From: the human T2T-CHM13v2.0 reference genome, Homo sapiens
DNA length: 64,000 nucleotides
Strand: one strand, 5' to 3'
Assembly: GCF_009914755.1 (NCBI RefSeq)
Contig: NC_060947.1
Shown here: positions 58,397-64,000 of the stretch, piece by piece
Position numbering within the stretch: position 1 is the stretch's first letter
How the letters are laid out: every line of letters begins with the position of its first letter
Translations under genes and position numbers: made by a program
Notes under the pieces: generated by a model
The model's database searches: none
What the model was told of the DNA's origin: nothing
What the model saw: only the letters and a program-made list of their open reading frames with translations

Positions 58397-58543
58397 CTGA
58401 TACCATTATCCACACACTTTACCCAGCCACACTTACCCAACAGCACACTGTTTGAGTTTGAGTGCTATCTGGTGAATACTCATCTTCATTTTGCTAAACC
58501 CTGGATGCCATGTGCTAGCCAACAATATCCTATTGTTCTGGTT
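58397..58543 (-). pseudogene. Relic TRMT12/TYW2-like exon C
   Basis: Acceptor TTTTGTTTTGTTTAAG; PEQ*DIV..AHGIQGLAK*R*VSPDSTQT...LLGKCGWVKCVDNGIR versus PELWETVALALGVQRLAKRGRVSPDGTRT...LLGDHGWVEHVDNGIR. Confidence 0.9.
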
Positions 58544-58582
58544 CTTAAACAAAACAAAATCTCAAAGACTTCTTCCTCTTAC

Positions 58583-58774
58583 CTAGTTTTACCCAATGAT
58601 TGGCTTTGAAGCAGTCCTTATTCAGTAATAAGAGGTCACCATGCCATGGCCAAGAATAGGGCAAATCTTCCTCCAATTCAGTTGAACTCCCTGGCCGTCT
58701 AGCAAACAACATATCTCATAACACATCCTTTGAGCAGGTGAACAACTCTGAACCTTCTTTGAAGGAACAGGATT
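58583..58774 (-). pseudogene. Relic TRMT12/TYW2-like exon B
   Basis: Acceptor TTCTTTTATTCCTTTCCCAG and donor G|GTAAGA; NPVPSKKVQSCSPAQRMCYE...ELEEDLPYSWPWHGDLLLLNKDCFKANHW versus DPVPSKRAQGCSPAQKLCLE...ELEADLPRSWQRHGNLLLLSEDCFQAKQW; 7-nt deletion. Confidence 0.92.
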
Positions 58775-59042
58775 CTGGGAAAGGAATAAAAGAAATGCAT
58801 GCAGTGTGTATTGAGAATAAAATCTATTAGCTAAGAAATAAAAAATGAAAATGCTACAACATGATCAGTTTTGATGGACTAGACAACTCTCTGTAGAGTA
58901 GCCACAGGGCTGAACCCTCAAATATTCCCAGAAAGTATAGACATTGCTGTAGAACCAGCCTGATAATGCAGCAGTGCAGAACTTAAGAATGATATTTCTT
59001 TCTAGAAAGCAGACCAATTGATATCTTCATCCTGTTATTGAT

Positions 59043-59210
59043 CAGAATCCACGTCAGCATTCAGGTGCTCTCTGGCTACAAGTTTCCTTAGCTCTTGCAG
59101 GCGCTGCTCATTGAAGATTTCTCTTAACACAGGTAATGCTACCAGTCTCATCTGGCACCTTTTTCATGCAATGACAACTATCCAGGAGTTGCTGCCTTTC
59201 CAGATATCCC
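59043..59210 (-). pseudogene. Relic TRMT12/TYW2-like exon A
   Basis: Acceptor ...TCTCGCAG, then GYLERQQLLDSCHCMKKVPDET/VALPVLREIFNEQRLQELRKLVA/..ST*MLTWIL versus TRMT12 EYLQRQKLFDTQHRVEKMPDGSVALPVLGETLPEQHLQELRNRVAPGSPCMLTQLP. Confidence 0.88.
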
Positions 59211-60234
59211 CTGCGAGACCAATGAGGGATTTTATTCCATGACTCTTTGAAGAGGTTCAAACATGGATCAAACATGAAGTAGTATGTACCCCAGCCTTAG
59301 AAATTTAATCTTTTATGACTGGGAGAAAGAACCCAAGTCTCTGTGCCTTCACAGTCTTGAATATCTCTGCTTGTTTCACTTACGTTTACCTCACTCAAGA
59401 TTCTTAGTGTCATCGACATGACTGGTTAAGAACTCAGGACTTTTCAACAAAGTTTTCTGCCAGTGCCCCACAAATCATGACTGTGGTCTCCCAAATTCTT
59501 TGATTCTCCACTAGGTTCCCTTTCTCCTCCATTCAAAGCCCCAAATAACATTTACCCTATATATTTAGTCCCGTTTTTTGTAGAAATGCTTCTTTGCTTG
59601 TGTTCCCCCTACCTTTTCATATCATACCTACATCGTTAACTGAGGCTCAGTCATAACATCAACAACAGCATGAAACATCCCACCTTCTGTCTTCATTTTG
59701 CTATAAACTGGAGGCAAAGGAAATGCTGTCACTCAGGGAGTATATCAATGAAGGGAAAGACTCTCACAAGACAGGCACTGAGGCAGGAGTCACTAGCACA
59801 CAGTGTATAAGTGAAATCTAAATATAAAAAAGCAAGCACTTGGGATACATCCCTTGCACACACCTCCTCTTTTATAACCAGTAGAGTGAAGTTGGTTGCT
59901 GAAGTCACAGAATCAATAGTCTATTTCCCACAGACGGCTGATGATAGCAGAACAAGCCCTGGCTAAGTCCCCCACCCTTTTCTTGAGTAGCTCATTGTTA
60001 TGAGCCACGGACCCACCATCACCAGGTCACATGTTCTGTACTCTTTCCTAAAAACAGTGACAAAATATGCTGAGCCATCCATATTTCCTCAGTTACATTG
60101 AGAGGCAGGAGATATAACAATTAAGCAGTCTCTGGAGCCAGAGCAACCTGAGCTCAAACCATGCCTTAGCTTGCTTGTTGTGGGACCTAGGCAAAGTTAC
60201 TGAAACTTCTTTAGACATGTTTATCAATAAAATG

Positions 60235-60840
60235 GGTACAGTTGACTGGCTCCAAGATTTCTTGACCTCTTGATGTATTTGCCCTGCATAATTCCTAAGA
60301 CTGTGATTATAATGGATTTTACTCTTATGATTAGGTTTTCACATAGCACAGTTGACTTTAATACAGGGAGATTATCTGGGTAGGCCTTGCCTAAACACAA
60401 GAGCCATTTAAAAGCAGAGTTCTCCCCAGCTGGTCAAAAGAGAGAATCTCTGGTCAGAGATTCACAGCATAAGAAGGTTTCAATGTGCCATCACTGGCTC
60501 TGAGATGTAGAAACCCACATGTAAGGACCAAAAAGAAGCCCTTAGGAGCTAAGAGCTACAGCCCTCCAGCCAATAGCCAGCAAAGAAACAAGGACCTCGG
60601 TCCTACAACCACAGCCAACCAAATTCTGCCAACAAGAAAAATGAGCTTGGAAGCTGATTCTTCTCCCAAAGATTCCAGATAAGAGTACAACACCTTGATT
60701 TCAGCCTTGTGAGATCCTAAGCAAAGAACCCACTCATGTCCACCCAAACTTCTGACCTACAGAACTGTGAGCTAACAAATGAGTGTTGTAAGCCACTAAG
60801 TTTGTGGAAATTTGTTACACAGCAATAGAAAACTAATACA
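60235..60840 (+). mobile_element. MLT1 (MaLR) LTR inserted in a MIR
   Basis: GGGAGATTATCTGGGTAGGCC...AAGCCACTAAGTTTGTGG...AACTAATACA; MIR-like flanks ~60110-60234 and ~60841-60890. Confidence 0.82.
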
Positions 60841-61004
60841 ATGAGGACACAGCAAGTGCTTAATAAATGTTAGCTTTTATTATTACTAACTCATTGGGAT
60901 CAGCTACACAGTTGTAAGAAGGCTAAAGTAAAAATTATTTATGCAAGGCTGGCAGTGCAACATAGCATTCAGATCCAGGGTCCATTTGGTCTAATATGGC
61001 TGAT

Positions 61005-61455
61005 ATTAAGTGTTTCTCAAGGGGAGAGACATTATTGGCATTCAATGGGGGGAGGGGTTCATCCTGTAGAACTGCCTTGGACATGGCAGTCCATTTATCA
61101 TCTCTGGCTTCTCTTCCCCTAGCAGTAGTCATTGCAACAACTGAAAATGCCACTGTACATTTCCAAAAATGCTCCTCCACAAGGGTTGAGAACTTTGAGA
61201 ACTACTTTAAGGGAAATTTCATAAGAAAGCATGCGTGTCTTAAATGCTGCCATAAAGCTACCTCAATAACTACAATGCTACTCAAATTACCTGACCCTAA
61301 GAATCGCCAGTGGCACTTGTTTAAATATAACGATTCCCAAGTTCTTTCCCTGGAGTCCCATTCCATAGGGCTGGGGTGGAGCCCCAGGAATCTATACTCT
61401 TACTCAAAGACCCCAGGTTAATCTTTTGTTTATGTAAGTTTGCCAAACACTGAGT
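61005..61455. mobile_element. Old hAT-type DNA transposon fragments (MER20/MER5-like)
   Basis: TTTCTCAA...GGTTGAGAAC ends; GGGGTGGAGCCCCAGGAATCT motif. Confidence 0.5.
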
Positions 61456-61761
61456 TAGAAATATACTCAGCCGTACATGCATTTAGCAAAAGTTCACCAC
61501 AACGGAACAATGACACACCAAAACTCTTTGAAACTGTGCCTTCTACAGAGCTGTAAATCTCCTTTTGGACCATTCCATTACACAAGGTGTCCTCTTGGTC
61601 ACACAGTGATTGCAAATGGGACTCTAGAGTCATGGAAATGGGTATACTCTTCTCAAACTTTCCATCTTTACCAGAATTACTTCTTAAAGTGATATGCTTC
61701 ATGGTGTAAACTAGCACTTATTAATTTTTTCTAAATATTTATCATATTTCATATACTTTTA

Positions 61762-62046
61762 TTTTGGAGATGGAGTTTCGCTCTTGTTGCCCAGGCTGGA
61801 GTGCAATGGCAGATCTCGGATCACCGCAACATCCATCTCCCGGGTTCAAGCGATTCTCTGGCCTCAGCCTCCTGAGCAGCTGGGATTACAGGCATGCGCC
61901 ACCACGCCCGGCTAATTTTGTATTTTTAGTAGAAAAGGGGTTCTCCATGTTGGCCAGGCTGGTCTCGAACTCCCGACCTCAGGTGATGCGCCCGCCTCGG
62001 CCTCCCAAAGTGTTGGCATTACAGGCATGAGCCACCGCGCCCGGCC
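61762..62046 (-). mobile_element. AluSp-like SINE
   Basis: TSD CATATACTTTTA at 61750-61761 and 62047-62058; very short tail. Confidence 0.95.
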
Positions 62047-62749
62047 CATATACTTTTAATACATGTGGAATTAATAAAAACGTCAATGCCTCCAATTCCG
62101 TGGCTATTTTACCGTCTTCCTTTTTCGGACAAGTCCCTCAAAGGTAGCGCTCTTGGCTCCTTCCTTTGCTTATCCCCTAACCCTGTCCTCCTGAGGTGCC
62201 CCCTGGATTTCCTCCAACCCCGGCAGGGTCTGCCTTTCCGGGATGATACAACGACCTGCCCTGCATGCCATATCCCAGGCGCGTGGGCACCAAAGTGTGG
62301 AAAAACCGATGAATGACGTTTTCTGTTTCCGATACTCTGCCTGCCAGAATCCCCTGCCGCACCGCCCCACCACGAAGCACATGGAACCCACGGACTACAC
62401 GAGGACAGAGGTCTGTTCTCCCTTTACCTCTCCCATTTCTTTAACTATGCTTCTCTCGGCTGGCATGCCCTTTCCTCATCTCACTCCACACACGAACAGG
62501 TTTAGCAAATAATATGCACGCTGCTGGGACGGGCCCAAGCATTTCCCTCCCTTGATAGGGCGGAACTAAAATGCAAGCCCCACAGTTGTCAGCAAAGGAC
62601 TTCCCTGTTACCATGGTAAAGCCGCTGCGCCTTTATTGTGGTTGAGGAGTACTTGCATCAACCTAAGAGAAAATTAATAAGAAGGAAGTCTGCAGGCTGA
62701 AACCCTTCAAATTAGCCTGGACTCGCCTGCATCTGGCTCGGAACAGAGT

Positions 62750-63200
62750 TAATCTCAGGAGTGAGAATATAGCCCTCCGGTGGACGCAACTCGCGCCTGC
62801 GGCTAACAGAATGTCTCCAGGGGAGGGGCTCTGCGTCCGTTCCGCCCAGGCCCTTCCGGCTCACGCGCCGTACGGAAGCGTGCTCAGCGCTGGGCTTGTG
62901 CTCCGTACGGAAGTGTGCTTTGGCGCACCGGAAGCCGACTCAACAGAGCTATGGCGGGTTTGACTGTGAGAGACCCAGCGGTGGATCGTTCTCTACGTTC
63001 TGTGTTCGGTGAGAGGAATTCGTTGTAGTCAAGCTTCGGGGAGGGACTCCCCTCTGCACCTTCTATCTCATGAATCGCTACCGGAGCCGCTGACGGTTCG
63101 GACGTGCAGTTCTCCCTGCTTATCCTGTAGGGCGTCCAACCTGGTGGACTCATGAGCAAAGAGATATTCCCATTCTGCCGAGGTCTCGTAGGCTTTCCGC
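62750..63200. promoter_or_regulatory. CSTF2: CpG-rich, TATA-less CSTF2 promoter with a GC box and four ETS (CGGAAG) motifs
   Basis: CCGCCC at 62842; CTTCCGG at 62853; CGGAAG at 62873, 62908 and 62929; high CpG density. Confidence 0.85.
62951..63008 (+). CDS. CSTF2: CSTF2 (CstF-64) coding exon 1; intron 1 runs to the end of the window
   Basis: Translates MAGLTVRDPAVDRSLRSVF plus G, followed by donor GTGAGA at 63009. The intron excludes the intronless retrogene CSTF2T. Confidence 0.96.
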
Positions 63201-64000
63201 AATATCAGTGGGGAAGTTAGACTAGCGTTCAGCTTCTGTGCGTTTCTCCTTTCATGAGCTTCAATTATTCTCTAGAGGAGAAGGCGCACGGCAACAGCTC
63301 CTCACTGTCCCGTACTACTTCTCATCCTCTGCCCCAGAATACAGACTATATGCTGAGGGTATAGATCCTAGTGTCCACTTACTGTCCTCTCCTAAGGACT
63401 TTCATCCTTTGCTTTTTATCTGTAACATTTTAGTGCATCAATAGTGGTAGCGGCCACCTGGTGTCCTGAGATGGCTTGTAAGTGAATGAATGAATGAACT
63501 ATTAAGATCTCCTCAGAGGAATTTTAAAAAGGATCGAAACGATTCTGAATTATCTTTTTGGCTGAAATAAGTTGTTTTTAAAAATACGTGTGATTATTTT
63601 AGAGTACCATTTGAAAGGGACATGACAAAGTAGTTCAGAATACTTTTTAAACATCTTTCACTACATTCATCGTCATTCTCCCTTAAATGTTGTATGTGTG
63701 GAAATACATAGGAACCTGTTTTAAAAATTATATTAAATAACATTGATATTTTTTGTAGTCACTGATGAGACTTGCAGATCTTTAGGTAAATACCAGTGCC
63801 AAAGTATTTATTTGCACCAAAGTTAAGGAAAATCTAACACGTGTCAGATCAGTCTGAGAACTAACATTTGAGAGTACCTACACATTTTGTATTTAGTTTC
63901 AGTGGTATATTTCCTTTGTTAAGAGGTCTGAAGAAATACAATGGAATTGGGATTGGAGAACACTATTTTGAGTCTTATATTTGATGATATAAGTTTACTT

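Noticed and set aside
58890-58965. Minus-strand QCLYF-GNI...VATL resembling TRMT12 QCMFSFGNI...VASL
   Set aside because: It lies inside the A-B intron and out of order, with poor codon similarity; probably chance.
62884-63159. 91-aa ORF antisense to CSTF2 exon 1
   Set aside because: Open frames are expected in GC-rich islands, and it shows no similarity to TRMT12 or any protein I recognise.

Overview
Primate (most likely human) genomic DNA directly upstream of CSTF2, which places it at Xq22.1 by inference. CSTF2 coding exon 1 and its CpG-rich promoter lie at ~62.75-63.2 kb. Most of the window is nested retroelements: L1 fragments, Alus, ERV-L/MLT2, and a 16.4-kb class I provirus (Arg-tRNA PBS, envR(b)/PABL_B-like env). 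That provirus carries an antisense HERV-H and a PPIA retropseudogene, and a RAD21 retropseudogene sits just beyond it. The main finding is three decayed, spliced exons at 58397-59210 (- strand) whose translation matches TRMT12/TYW2, which is intronless and autosomal in humans. This looks like the dead, intron-containing parental TRMT12 locus, oriented head-to-head with CSTF2. Protein and repeat identifications are from memory, not database searches; repeat subfamily names and many repeat boundaries are approximate.
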